The translations under genes and the position numbers were made by a program. Shown here one piece after another: positions 47,306 through 59,587 of a DNA stretch of 64,000 nucleotides. The notes beneath the pieces are model-generated. The model did no database searches, was not told the origin of the DNA, and saw only the letters and a list, made by a program, of their open reading frames with translations. Source of the DNA: Alloascoidea hylecoeti (Eukaryota); assembly GCA_001600815.1 (NCBI GenBank), contig BCKZ01000021.1:124001-188000 (forward strand). Reading direction: 5' to 3'. Position 1 is the stretch's first letter, and each line of letters begins with the position of its first letter.

Positions 47306-48051
47306 TTAACTGGAAAAGTTCCATTTTCAACTAATTAAGTTGGTAAATATTATTGTATATGAACAAATGAACATTTTATCAATGGGTTTCACTAAAAATA
47401 GCAAACAACACTATATCACAGTTAACGTTGAAATATAATTAAAAAATGAAACTTGCGTGTATCAATCAGGATTTCCAAACACGTTACACCTCCAATTACT
47501 ACCTATAACTCCGACAATTGTCAAAATATCTATATGAAACATTAAATGGACCATAATTATACCTAATTGACCTGATGTCTATTAAAGCGCTGTGAAACTT
47601 GAATCTAAATCAAAGATATAATTTTCAGTTCAAATCATCTTATTTGGGAAATGAATCCCTCGAAAATGATATTACTATTATATATATCATAGTAAAAGTA
47701 TTATAAACTTTACCTATGCATAGTTTTATATTTACAACACAGTGAACACACTAATATATCCTATAATATAGAAAATACATGAAAAACTGTTGGATAATTA
47801 ACGAGTAAAAACAGTGATCTAGAAAAGAGGATCAAATAAGATTAATCCTTATTTCCACTGAATTACCAGAGATTATCCTTTAATATTGGTGATGATAAAT
47901 TGTATTTAAGATGTTAAATGGTTATAAAAGCATCTTAGACAATTGAGGATAGACAAAAATTGTCAATTCCACCGATTACCACCGTTTCATTTGATAATTA
48001 CTCAGTAATATTGATTATTTATTATAAAATGGTGTTATTTATGGTTAGACC

Positions 48052-51000
48052 TTAAATATTTTGTTTTGCTCTTAATCTCGCTGTTTTAAATCTACTAAAT
48101 TTTATTTCTTCTCCATTTTCATCAATGGGCTCGAATTCTTTCTCTGCATCAGTTTTCATATACCCACCCTGTTTATAAATCAATTTTTGTCGTAATTGTT
48201 GATACTGGTAAGTTACTTCTCTATGAAGAACATCTGGATGCACACTATAATCATCATTATACTCATCATAATCATTTGTGGTTATATCTTCATCTTCGTG
48301 TTCAACAATTTCCGTAAGAACTGGCCCTTTTTCATCATCGCTGTTTACCTCTGATTCGATCTCATCTTCGTCTTCATTCTCTGGGGGATTAACTTTATTG
48401 AAATCATTTAACTTTTCGATGATTGTACCAGACGGTGTGACATCATCATCATAGACCCCAATGGAGTATGCCTTGGCCATCATATCGAGATCATCACCCA
48501 TTGATCGATAATCTACTGAAAGCTTTCCGTATTTTTGGGGATCAGTTGAAGTTGTGTCTTTTGTAGTATCAGATGTTATGATAGGATGTTCTTTTTTTGG
48601 TGCAACATCTTTATTTATAACTTTAGGGAAATAGCTACGACCATTAGAAGATGTAGATTTAGATGATGCGGCTGTATTTTTACTCCTATCGTTTACATTT
48701 TTTGGATGTGGTTTAAACTTTGATCCATTTTTGGATTTATCAGTATTTTCATCTTGAATAATAGTTGTCATATTTCCTAAATTGTTTGAATCCGATGATT
48801 CAGTAATAACTGAACTAATAATCTCAAAATTTGTATTATTATTATTATTATTATTATGGGTACTTGCGGGCTTAGAAATGGCTTTCCCTTTCGTTTTTGC
48901 TAAATTTGATTTAAATCTTGATTGTTTTTTAGGTTGATGATTACTATTGTTATTCAAATCATTAGATTCAGTGATTGGACGTTCAATGATTGTATTAGCT
49001 AAAATTGGGTTTGGTTTGGGTTCATTTTGTTTAATATCATTATTAATACTTTCTCCAGCTGGAGAAACAAAACTTTTAGGATGATGCATAATATGCCTTT
49101 TTTCATTCTGTGGCGTGTGTTTATTTTTCTTTAGACCAGATTTAAATACTGATACTTTTGGCGTTGACCTAAGAGATTCTTGAATTGAAGGATTTTTGCT
49201 GGAATTCATATATTTATCATCTAAAGATCTTGGAAGTTCATTTGGCCCAACTGTAAAATTTTCATTGATAATACTTGTAACTGGTTCATGTTCAGTAATA
49301 GTGTTTTCAACTATTTTTCCTGAGTCATTATCATCGTCTTCTGTCCGTTTAACCAACCTCTCGATTGGCATGTCTTTATGCCTATTAGCTTTAAAACGGG
49401 ATACTTTAGGTTTTGACCTAGGAGTTTCTTCATCTTCCATCTGGGGATTTTCTTCTTCATATGTTTCGTTTAAAAGATTTAAAATGCCTTGTTCAACACT
49501 GATATTTGATTTCTCATGCTCTAGATTTTGTCTAAAGAGCGAAGGTTTACGAATTTCTATTCTTTCTTCAATTGGAGGTTCCTTTTCAAACTCCTTAATA
49601 TCTAGATTCGTTGCAAAACTAACAGATTTTTTGGTGATTTTTTCTTTCCCATTCTTTTTATCATTTGAAACTGACTTCGAGTTAGATGTCGATTTCGTTT
49701 CTTTTTTCACTTCTAATTCTTCGATTTCGTGTATTTTCTTCTTCTCTCCATCTTGTTTCTTTTTCCTCATATTGGCTATTTGTGACCAGAATAAAGTTTG
49801 TGCATCTCCTCCTGGAATAGCAGAGACGGTACTATAATGTCCATTAAATGAATATGTACTTTCATCTTCATCATATTCGTCCTCATCACTATAAGGATAA
49901 TGATATTCATTATCACCCTCTATATATTCATCTTCTGTATCATCGAGATCATCTGCTATTATATTAAGCGTTAAGATACTCTCTGGATCAATTGCTGGCT
50001 TGTAACTATTGTCCAATTCATGTTTAGGCTCTTCATTTGTTTTTGACCCCAAGGAATTCGAATTTGCTTCAAGAGACGGATTTTTACTTTCAGCATTTTG
50101 TAACACAACTCGATTATCATCAATTTCTTTTTTAGTGATTGGAGCTTTAATTTCTTCCTTGGGGGTTTCAGGAATCTCTTTTGTATTGGGATGGGGTTCA
50201 TGTCTTTTTGAAGGATGAATAAATGCAGAGGATTTGTTTTCAGGAATTCTATTAACTTGTAAAAAATTCCAATGATGATTTACTAACTTCTTGAGTGAAA
50301 ATTCAATTTTTGATTGAAATATAATAAATGTGGATTTATTTGGATCAATTTCACTAGATAAATTATTAATTTGATGTGTATATGTGCTACCATTTAATAA
50401 AGGAAACTCAACTTTTATTGAATATGGTTTAAAAATAACTTTAGTCTTATCCTTTGGTGTATTTTTAATAAATAAGGATATATTGACTTCAGAAGGGGTT
50501 TGAAACCAATCATGATGAATTTTTTTAACCTGTGGTCCGGTGACGCTACTAATATTTGTTATTTTCGTTGAATTATTCTCTGTTGATGTATTAGAGCTTT
50601 TTTTATTTGCTTTAGAGGATAAATCGAGATATTTTGTTTTCTTATTTTTCTTGGTCGTATCAGACAAATCATTATCAACCTTTGTAGTAGGCTTATCAGC
50701 AGACAGATTATTGGAATTCCTGATTTCTCTATGAATAGAATTATTTTCCTTTTTCTGTGAAGACGAGGCTTTCTCCAGTGTACTAGGTTTATCTACTATT
50801 TCTTCAATTTTAGGAACAGTTTTAGTCAGGATCCCATCGTTCCCAGTTGGTTTATCAGCTATTCCCAAGTCTTTCATCATTACTCTTAAGTCATCAATTT
50901 GTAAGTCTCTTGTGTCAGGTTCCTGATGCCTTGTGACAGAGGAGTCTATAACATTTCCTTCCTCATCCAGTTGTTCCATTATATTCATGAAGGGTAATTC

Positions 51001-51443
51001 TTCATCGTTATTGTGATTAGGTACAGCTGTAGACTTTTCTTTCGATCCTTCATCAAGATAATCCAACATATCTTCTAATTTTTTCAGTGTTTCTTTTGCA
51101 GATTCTATATTTGTTTCAAATTCATCGATTGTCTTTTGCACACCTATAATGAACATTTGTTAGTCCAATTTTCATCGTAAATTTCATGACTATTAAAGAA
51201 CTTACCACTCAACCTTCTATTTAACATCACCTTAGCCTGTGGAGGGGATCTTTCAGCAAAATAGTTCTCCCCTAAAGCCATCATAATTTTACCATCTGCA
51301 GGGCTTGAATCAACATTTTTTTGTAGCAGTAGATATTCGTCTTTCCTGTCCTCAAGAGCTTTCTTTTTCTTGGTAAGACTTTCTATCGTTCCTGCCACCT
51401 TATCTCTAATAGCAGACAATGGGTCTATCGTAACCTTGCTCAT
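48052..51443 (-). CDS. BUD27: Bud27/URI unconventional prefoldin with an internal CS domain, 2 exons
   Basis: Intron 51205-51144. Alpha-prefoldin-like N-terminus (ALGENYFAERSPPQAKVMLNRRL), EELPFMNIMEQLDEEGNVI, DYRSMGDDLDMMAKAYSIG, EV..QYQQLRQKL, terminal SRFKTAR. Confidence 0.85.
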
Positions 51444-51533
51444 ACTATTATAAAATATACACTATGGGATGTACTCTACAAATATAAAGAAAATTTATAC
51501 ACCACGTGACTATGCTAATTAATTATCTGATAT

Positions 51534-52991
51534 TTAAAACCTACACAAGAATCTCTTTCCAATGCAGACATATCGGGCTGCAGCCCAAGCGAAAACTCCA
51601 ACAACAGCTAGAAGCCCGGTATAAATAACAAATCGATCATAGTGTTCTCCACTGGAACCGATTAAAGCTCCGGCAATGGGAATATCTATCAGGTTAGAAA
51701 AGGATATTACAAAATACATGGTTCCATATCTTTTACCAAAATCCTCTGTTCGGCACACTTGACCGCAACACGCAGGAGTAAGTGTTAACACTCCCCCAGA
51801 GCCAAATCCATATAATGCTGAAAATGCAAAGAGAACAGGTTTTTTATGCCCAAATGGAAGCCACATCCCAAAAGCCAAAATGGCCAAGTATGCAGTTGAG
51901 ATTACCATGGTATTAAACCTCCCAATTTTATCAGATATATAACCTGGACCCCATCTTCCTGCAATACCACCAATGTTCATAATTGATAATAAAAGATATG
52001 ATTCAGATATTGACATTCCATGCGCTAAACCATATGATGCTAAATATGTTATCACGTTAACCATACTCAGGTCGCTAAATAAAGCTGCTGCCACAGTAAA
52101 CATATATTTTGAGTCCTTTAAGGCAGCTATATCAATTGTTTTGGCTAAAAGTTCGTTTATTTTTAATGAATTTCTTGGTAATCTTCCTTTCATTAAAACA
52201 ATTGAGCACATTATGCAAAAGAAACAAATAAAACCTAATATCCTTACTGCCCATGGGAATCCAACTTTCGTATACAATGCTCTCAGCATGATTGGAAATA
52301 CAATCCCTCCAATTGATCCCCCAACAGTTGCCGTACCCAGTGCCATGCCTCGTTTTCTCAAGAACCAATGACTGACTATAGATATCATTGGTGTCGCAAG
52401 TAAAGAAGTTCCAATCCCACAACCAACTCCTAACGCTAACATGAATTGATAATATTCAGTGCAAAGGCTCACCATCATTAATGAAAAACAATAAATACTA
52501 GATCCAATTAAACATAATGTATTGACTCCATATGCATCAAATATTGGACCTACGAAAACGCCTCCAAAGTAGGACAGGAACAAATAAACTGAAAATATCC
52601 ATCCGATATTTGAGGAAGAGAACGCTTTTAATTGATTTTCTTGAACATATGCTTGTAAAGCACCAATAGAATTGATAAATCCAAAAGTTGCAATAAGACC
52701 CATAAATGAACCTAGAACAACCAACCAAGCTTTCGAGCCACCATCTGGAAATGTTTCAACATCATCAAGACCATATAAGAGGGAAGATGGTGTATCCGGC
52801 ACTGGTTCTTCAATTGTCAATTGTTCAAATGGTTGGTTGATATTCTTTTTATTATCTATTCCTGATGTAGCTGATTGTTGAATTGCCTTTGGTGTTGCTG
52901 GAATATGATGATCTTGATAAGAACCCAAAGATCCAGAGTCATCTAATGTCTGTAGTTGCCCATTGCTGAGAGAGAGAGTTACCAAACTCAT
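51534..52991 (-). CDS. MFS monocarboxylate-transporter-like protein (Mch4/Mch5 type)
   Basis: FPDGGSKAWLVVLGSF, GPIFD.YG, HWFLRKRGMALG, D.IGRFN, DFGKRYGT; about 12 hydrophobic segments. Confidence 0.9.
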   Translation of the reverse strand: MSLVTLSLSNGQLQTLDDSGSLGSYQDHHIPATPKAIQQSATSGIDNKKNINQPFEQLTIEEPVPDTPSSLLYGLDDVETFPDGGSKAWLVVLGSFMGLIATFGFINSIGALQAYVQENQLKAFSSSNIGWIFSVYLFLSYFGGVFVGPIFDAYGVNTLCLIGSSIYCFSLMMVSLCTEYYQFMLALGVGCGIGTSLLATPMISIVSHWFLRKRGMALGTATVGGSIGGIVFPIMLRALYTKVGFPWAVRILGFICFFCIMCSIVLMKGRLPRNSLKINELLAKTIDIAALKDSKYMFTVAAALFSDLSMVNVITYLASYGLAHGMSISESYLLLSIMNIGGIAGRWGPGYISDKIGRFNTMVISTAYLAILAFGMWLPFGHKKPVLFAFSALYGFGSGGVLTLTPACCGQVCRTEDFGKRYGTMYFVISFSNLIDIPIAGALIGSSGEHYDRFVIYTGLLAVVGVFAWAAARYVCIGKRFLCRF

Positions 52992-53860
52992 AATATTGAT
53001 CGGCGCTATGATGAAGGAAGTGACTCTAGCAAGTACAACTTTGGATTAAATAATGATGACTTGATTATATATGTATATTTTAACCAATCATCGATATAGC
53101 CCATACATAATCCGAACCGTAAGATTATTATTAATAATTATTTGTTTATATATCAACGCTCTTTAATCCTCTAACTACAACTTAACAACGAATATCTTCT
53201 ACTTTCTAGAACTTATAATTACAATATTTATTTAAATAGTTAATTAATTAACTAAAAAGCTTTCAGCCTGCGCAACTGTAGTATAGCTTGGTCAAAAAAG
53301 AGAAACGGATGAGACTTGCATCCAAAAATGAATTAGTGATCATAATTATAAGATTTTTTGAGCAGCATCTAGATTCTAGGGAAGTCGATTATTGGCCGTT
53401 ATTTTTATAAGCAATTAGTTAATTAATATTGAATTCCATAGCGCCGCTAGTTATAAGGAAGGAGAAACCGAGGAAATTTTCGTATAGGGTCAATGTAAAA
53501 GGCTTAATATATGCAGATATGCATATCAATTGGCTGAAAGAAACAAGCAATTAACGATAACGACAGATAATAAGTATTTAAATATAAAAAAGTATCAGAC
53601 TTTAAAATCTTATGACTCCACCTAGTACCACAATTTCAGTAGTTTTGTTTGACGAAAGGGAAAACACTTTTTTTATTCAGCAATCAATTGCATTTGAACT
53701 GATCATGATAGCTACCTATATCATGAGAGAGGAAAGAACTTTATTGTTTTTTAACAGGAAGAATATTTACAGTAAGTATTCAGATATCTATGGTACGTAT
53801 ACCGGTACTTAATATTTAAATAAAGTCTATAGCTAATATGGTAGAATTTCAAACTTTATG

Positions 53861-56800
53861 TTATTTTTTTTTTCCATGCTTTGAACTCTTCTTTTTCGGT
53901 TTTTTCAAACTCTTCATCTCTTCTTCATATATATCACTGGCCTTTTCAACCTTTCTTTTACTAGTTTTTTCTGCATTTTTTATGCTAATGATACCGTTTT
54001 TTTCAGCTGACTTGGTCAAACTCTTTTCAATTGCTTTCCATTCAATATCATCTGGAATAGCATATTTTTGAAGATCTTTGGATAAATCTTCCCGTAGAGC
54101 TGCTTGTTTTTCTCGAAGTGATGCATTTGTTTCCTTTGACCCTTCATCTAACTCATCAGTCAAACTTTGTTCAACAGGTTGAAATTTATCATCTGTTAAT
54201 TCTTCGCCATTTAGTTCTGCGACTGCCTTATCTTGAACTTGAGGAAGTGATTCACTAATATCCTCAATTACCATATCCCTAAAAGCATCATTGAACTTTT
54301 TCGCAACCTTTGCAAATATTGCTTCTGTTTGTTTAAAGGACAAATTCAATTCTTTGGCTGTTTCATCCATTGTTTTTTTTTGAATACTCATTGCCAATAA
54401 AATTGCACTTTGAACCCCAGATAATGATATTTCTGGCAGTTTCCCGAGGAAATACCATTCTCCAAATCTTGGTAACATGAATAAGATCCGATTATAATCC
54501 ATTCCATTTTTAATATATATATCCAAACCTTTCAGGAGATGGGGAGAAAAAATATCTAGTTCCGTTTTCGTTAATTTGGGAACAATTCGTGTTTGGAAGC
54601 CTGGTGCCTGTTTAACAGCTTGGAAAACATTTAAAGCCTGAACAGCTGTGTACTTTTTAAAATCATAACCGAGATAGAACATGAATTTTAGATAGAATGT
54701 GTTGGCATATTCTGCTAACCATTCAGATCTCCTACCAGCCAAAACTTTTAGCATTATGCAAGAATGTTCCCCAGTGATATCAGCAGCTGCCAACTTCAGG
54801 TACACAGGTGCAAATCCATCTTTCTTCCAGAATTCATTTAAAGAAGGTGTTAGACCAAATGAAACACCCAAGTAATGTAGATAATGTGGTGGTTTCTCGG
54901 AGAGTTTCATCAATAGTGGTGGTAAACTTTTTGGATCTCTATAGCTTAGATCATCAGTAGTGAGAGTTGCTTGTTCTAACTCAGCGTCAGTAACCCTTGG
55001 TAAGGATGGCTCTAAATCAGTAGCAGTGCCAGTTTCCTCAATGTTAGTGAACTTTCCTTCAAAATAATCCTGAAGAAGTTCAAGCGCTTTAGAACCATAT
55101 CCCATTCCAGTATAATTTGGGTTGGTTGCAATTCTTACGATTCTAGCACCACTTAATTCACCAAACTCAGCATCATTAAATTCGCTTGATAATGTCCATG
55201 GAATCATGTCACCGGCTGGTCTTTCACCTCTACCCAAACTATTGGCTACTGTCTTTTTCGCGATCTCACCTTCTAATGCAACTTGGATAACGACAAGAGG
55301 GTCGGGAATTCTTTTGGAATCTACATCCACTGGAGGTAATAAAACATATAGTTGATGAGCAGGTGCATCTGACATTAGTTGTAAGTCGTTAGGGGAGTTT
55401 TTGTAATGAGACGATACATATAAGGCCATCATTTTATGTAAGAAATTTTCAGAGACGGGATGATAAGAAAATAAAGTATCTCTGTTAACATTAAATAGAG
55501 TGCACTTTGAAGGGTGTGGTAGGCCAGTCGAAGTAATCCTTTTTGAAACTGTAGCATCCAGACAAAGTAGAGAATTCAGCCATTTTTCCACTGAATCGCC
55601 TGGAGCGTATCTGATTGGTTCTTCTAATGTCAATTCAGATAAGTACCTGTTATTCAAGTCTGCTTCTTTAAAATGATTGCTCTTGGTCCTTGAAATGATT
55701 TTTCCATCATTATTAGATATAGATTTACCACTTGACTGTTCACGCAACTGTTGGATTAATTTCAAGGATAAAGATCTTCCTGTACCTTCATATCCATGAA
55801 CAGTAGATGCCATAAAAACAACATAAGGTCCAAATAATTTCTTTACTACAGGTAAAGGAATAGCGGCTGCTTCATCAATTATAAGCAATTCAGCTTGACC
55901 CAAAACATGACTATCAGTTGGTTTAATATACTGAATTGTTTGTCTATGATCTCTGTGAATATCAACACGAACAATTGCTTTATGGAAGTCGGGATGTATT
56001 GATTGGGTAATATCATAGTCTTGATGCTCTTCGTATTGCAAAGCATCAAATCCTTTGAAAATAAATTCAAACAAAGTCCTTAGATTTTCAGGACTTGGTG
56101 AAGTAACAAAAATATTTGAATAACCGTGAGCAATTGCTGCGGATATAGCAATTCCCAAGGCAGCGGATTTTCCACGACCACGACTAGCAGTGAGAGTGAC
56201 TGTACTTCTTAAAGTTTTTTCAGATATGACATCAAAAAATTTAAGTAAGGCTTTTGCTTGGTCTGCTGTACGAGCTAAATCAACTAAAGGACCAGCTGGA
56301 CTGACATCTTTCAATCCTTCCTTGATAGATTTCAACTGAGTAACATGTTCCTTTGCTTCTTCTTCATCTGGATTTGGAGGTGGTAACCTTGTGACTTTTT
56401 TACCACCAGATATGGGTAATACATTTAGCTCATCATCAATAACTAAACATGTTTCACAAGAGCCTAAGGATAGAATGAACCTCTCATTAAATCGTGCAAC
56501 AACATCTTGATGTGCTGCAGTCCTATATCTCGAATGAACATCCATGGTCATTGTATATAATTGTTTTAAAGAATTCATTGATTTTAATAAAAGAACCACT
56601 AAACCACCACCTTCGACTGTTTCGACACATCGCGCTAAAATATTTGGGGTAACGGCTTCAAAATCTTGTAAAATACACATTCCAAAAGTATTACCCAGAA
56701 TCTTATCAGTCTCTTTATAGTAAACATATCGAATATTCTGTAACGAAATGAACAATTCAAATGGGTCTTCCTGGTTGACATCTCTAATACCTCTTTTAAT

Positions 56801-57114
56801 TTCTTTTTTAATTTTCATTTCTCTCTTCTTTCGATGTGAAGTAAATCCCAACAATTTATTTTTATAGGCCCAAAGAACCGATTTATTCATTTTTAGATCA
56901 TCTTGGGTCATAAGATAATGAAGAAATGGAAGTTGGTTTCTTCCTTTATCACCTACAATAACGAAAAAACTTCTGTGTTTCTCCTACAATAAAAAGAGAT
57001 TAGATCCAACCTTCACAAGTATGATCTTGTAATTATCAAAAAGTCAAGACATACCTGAAGACCATTTCTTATTAATGCGGGAATTCTGGAATCGATTTTC
57101 TTTCCCTTAGCCAT
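53861..57114 (-). CDS. KRE33: RNA cytidine acetyltransferase Kre33/NAT10, 2 exons
   Basis: Intron 57054-56984. SRGRGKSAALG, IDEAAAIP, GYEGTGRSLSLKL, SHYKNSPNDLQ, GARIVRIAT..GYGS. Confidence 0.97.
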
Positions 57115-57147
57115 GATTGAATGAAAAATGGAATAATAATATTAATA

Positions 57148-57239
57148 TGAAAAATTCAGCTTATTTTTAAATTTATCACTCCAAAAAATTTTGTAGATGA
57201 TGTAGGGTAACATCACATTGATTGTCTTGGTCATGTGAC
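57148..57239. promoter_or_regulatory. RRPE/PAC-like motifs and a Cbf1-type site upstream of KRE33
   Basis: TGAAAAATT, AAAAAATTTTG..GATGA (similar arrangement at NOP2), GTCATGTGAC 57230-57239. Confidence 0.5.
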
Positions 57240-58495
57240 TATCGATTAAGATCCAGGAACTGATAACACTGCACAACCAACCCCTGAACATGATCATTTC
57301 TATAATCCATCAAAGCAACAACGATATTATTCCGCGAAATAATTGGCAATTCCAACCTTTGAAAGTAAGAAGAAGTATAAGCCAATTATTTCATAAGGAA
57401 GTCATCAAAAATATACAAACTACTTTTAAAAACGAGACAGCAGGAAAATCATTTAGGAAATTTAATGGAATAGTAATTAATCCTAATTTCTGTATTCAAT
57501 TTGAGGAGAATGAACTACATAACTGATAAATGGCCTAGATCAATTGATTCTAATAGACTTAGGTAACCACAAGCTAACAGCGCTTAGCACGGTGTTCAAT
57601 TTGCAATTTTTGAACTGATATAACTAATGATGGATTAATGTTAGATGCAGGGTAGAAGCTTAACAATGCCTCTATATTGTAACCATTGTTAATTCTTTAG
57701 GATTGAGTTTTGGAGTCTTAAAAGCAAGTATAATTTACAAAGATATTCATTAATATTTCAAAATTTAGAACCCGCAATCTTTTAAGAAATTCTTCAGTGG
57801 TTGGGATAATCTGATAGAACATACTTTAGGTACCTATATACAAAATATATAATAAGTGAAGTCTTCCTCGTAATTTTAAAAATGGGAGAGTAACAACAAC
57901 CAAATTTAAAGACTGAAAGAATTTCTAAATATACAAATTACATAGGAGGAAATTCAGCTAATTATGAATAGTTCTACCGATCTCCTTGAAGTCTTCCATA
58001 GTTGAGACATTCTAGTAGACCTGGAAAATGAAGTTCATGCTTGGTCAATATACAAATATATATACATGAAAACTCATCGAGAAAGGACAGTGCCATAGTA
58101 TATGCATATGTAGTAGATGGCTTTCTGGGGAAATATACCTCAATTTAAAGTTTACAGCTATGCCTATATGCATAGGAAATACAAGCAACAATAGCATTAA
58201 ACGTATAGCTATAGGGATCGGTGTCCCCGAATTCTTCAGAATATATTTATTTTATCTATCTTTTGCAAGGAATTTAAATTGAATCAGATCCATTTGATCT
58301 GATACTATATACCTACGGTATTCGAGCCGGGGGCAGTTAACACGCTATATTAAATTTGTAAAGCTCAAACTTTAGGCTAAGGTTGGTTATGCATATACAT
58401 AAGACACGTGGGATGTATGTGACATAATAATTATAATTAATATTGCTAACTTCCCCAAGTGACATCATCGTATACACTCCAAATTCCAATTCAAT

Positions 58496-59587
58496 ATGTC
58501 TTCATCAAAATCCGTTGAGGACTTGGTTACTTTATTTCAATTTGAGAGGATTTTGCATTCAAGCCCATCGTCCAAAAACGTTTCCCTACTAGGTTTGATT
58601 GATTCCAAGCCTGCAATTGTCACCTTGGAAAAAACTCATTTCAACGTTGACAAGTTTAAAGAATATATTGAAGAAAATGAAAAGAAAGTTAAAGAATCTA
58701 AGCCAGCCGAAGATACATCGTTACTAAAACTTATTGATAAAATGAAATCTCTTGCTTCAAATGATATATATTATTGGTCATTAGCGACGGTATTTCAAGA
58801 TATAGACGTTAACCCACAAATAAAAGTTAACGTTATTTGGCCAGCAACACCAATTCACATTAGAAAATATTCATCTCAAGCATGTTATTTAATCACGGAA
58901 ACTCCAGAGATGTATAACGAAATTGTTAAACCATATATTCAAACCCAATTAGGGGATAGGATCAAATGGGTACACAATATTTTATACAATGGAGCTGAAT
59001 CAGATCGGGTTTTATACAACAGTCTTGATGATGAATCAAAACGTGAAGGTTTTTTATTATTACCCGATATGAAATGGGACTTAATAACAATGGATTCAAT
59101 GTATCTTGTGGCCCTATTCTATAGATCGGATATTCATTCAATCCGTGATTTAACACAGAAGGATCAACCTTGGCTAAAGAATATATATCGCAGCTTAAAA
59201 ACGATTGTTCCAAGTTTATATAAAGGAAAAATAGCATCGGATGAGCTAAGATTATTTATTCATTATCAGCCATCTTATTATCACTTTCATATACATATTG
59301 TTCATATTAACAACAATGGGTTAGGAGATGGTATAAATATTGGTAAAGCAATTTTATTTGAACAAGTTATTCAATGGCTTGATTTTGTACCCGATTTAAG
59401 TAAAATCGATATTACTTATTTAATTGGGGAATTTCATGATTTGTGGAGATTAGGTATTGCACAAAAACATTTGGAAAATATGAAGAAAAATGGATTAGAT
59501 TGTGGAGATGAAGAAAATGATCAGTTTGAATATGAAGAATTGGCTTTTCAACCTTCAAAGAACAAGATTGAAAATATGAGGGGATAA
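58496..59587 (+). CDS. DCS1: Scavenger mRNA decapping enzyme DcpS
   Basis: SNDIYYW, IWPAT..HIRKY, LLPDMKWD, SIRDL, HIT motif HYQPSYYHFHIH. Confidence 0.96.
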   Translation: MSSSKSVEDLVTLFQFERILHSSPSSKNVSLLGLIDSKPAIVTLEKTHFNVDKFKEYIEENEKKVKESKPAEDTSLLKLIDKMKSLASNDIYYWSLATVFQDIDVNPQIKVNVIWPATPIHIRKYSSQACYLITETPEMYNEIVKPYIQTQLGDRIKWVHNILYNGAESDRVLYNSLDDESKREGFLLLPDMKWDLITMDSMYLVALFYRSDIHSIRDLTQKDQPWLKNIYRSLKTIVPSLYKGKIASDELRLFIHYQPSYYHFHIHIVHINNNGLGDGINIGKAILFEQVIQWLDFVPDLSKIDITYLIGEFHDLWRLGIAQKHLENMKKNGLDCGDEENDQFEYEELAFQPSKNKIENMRG

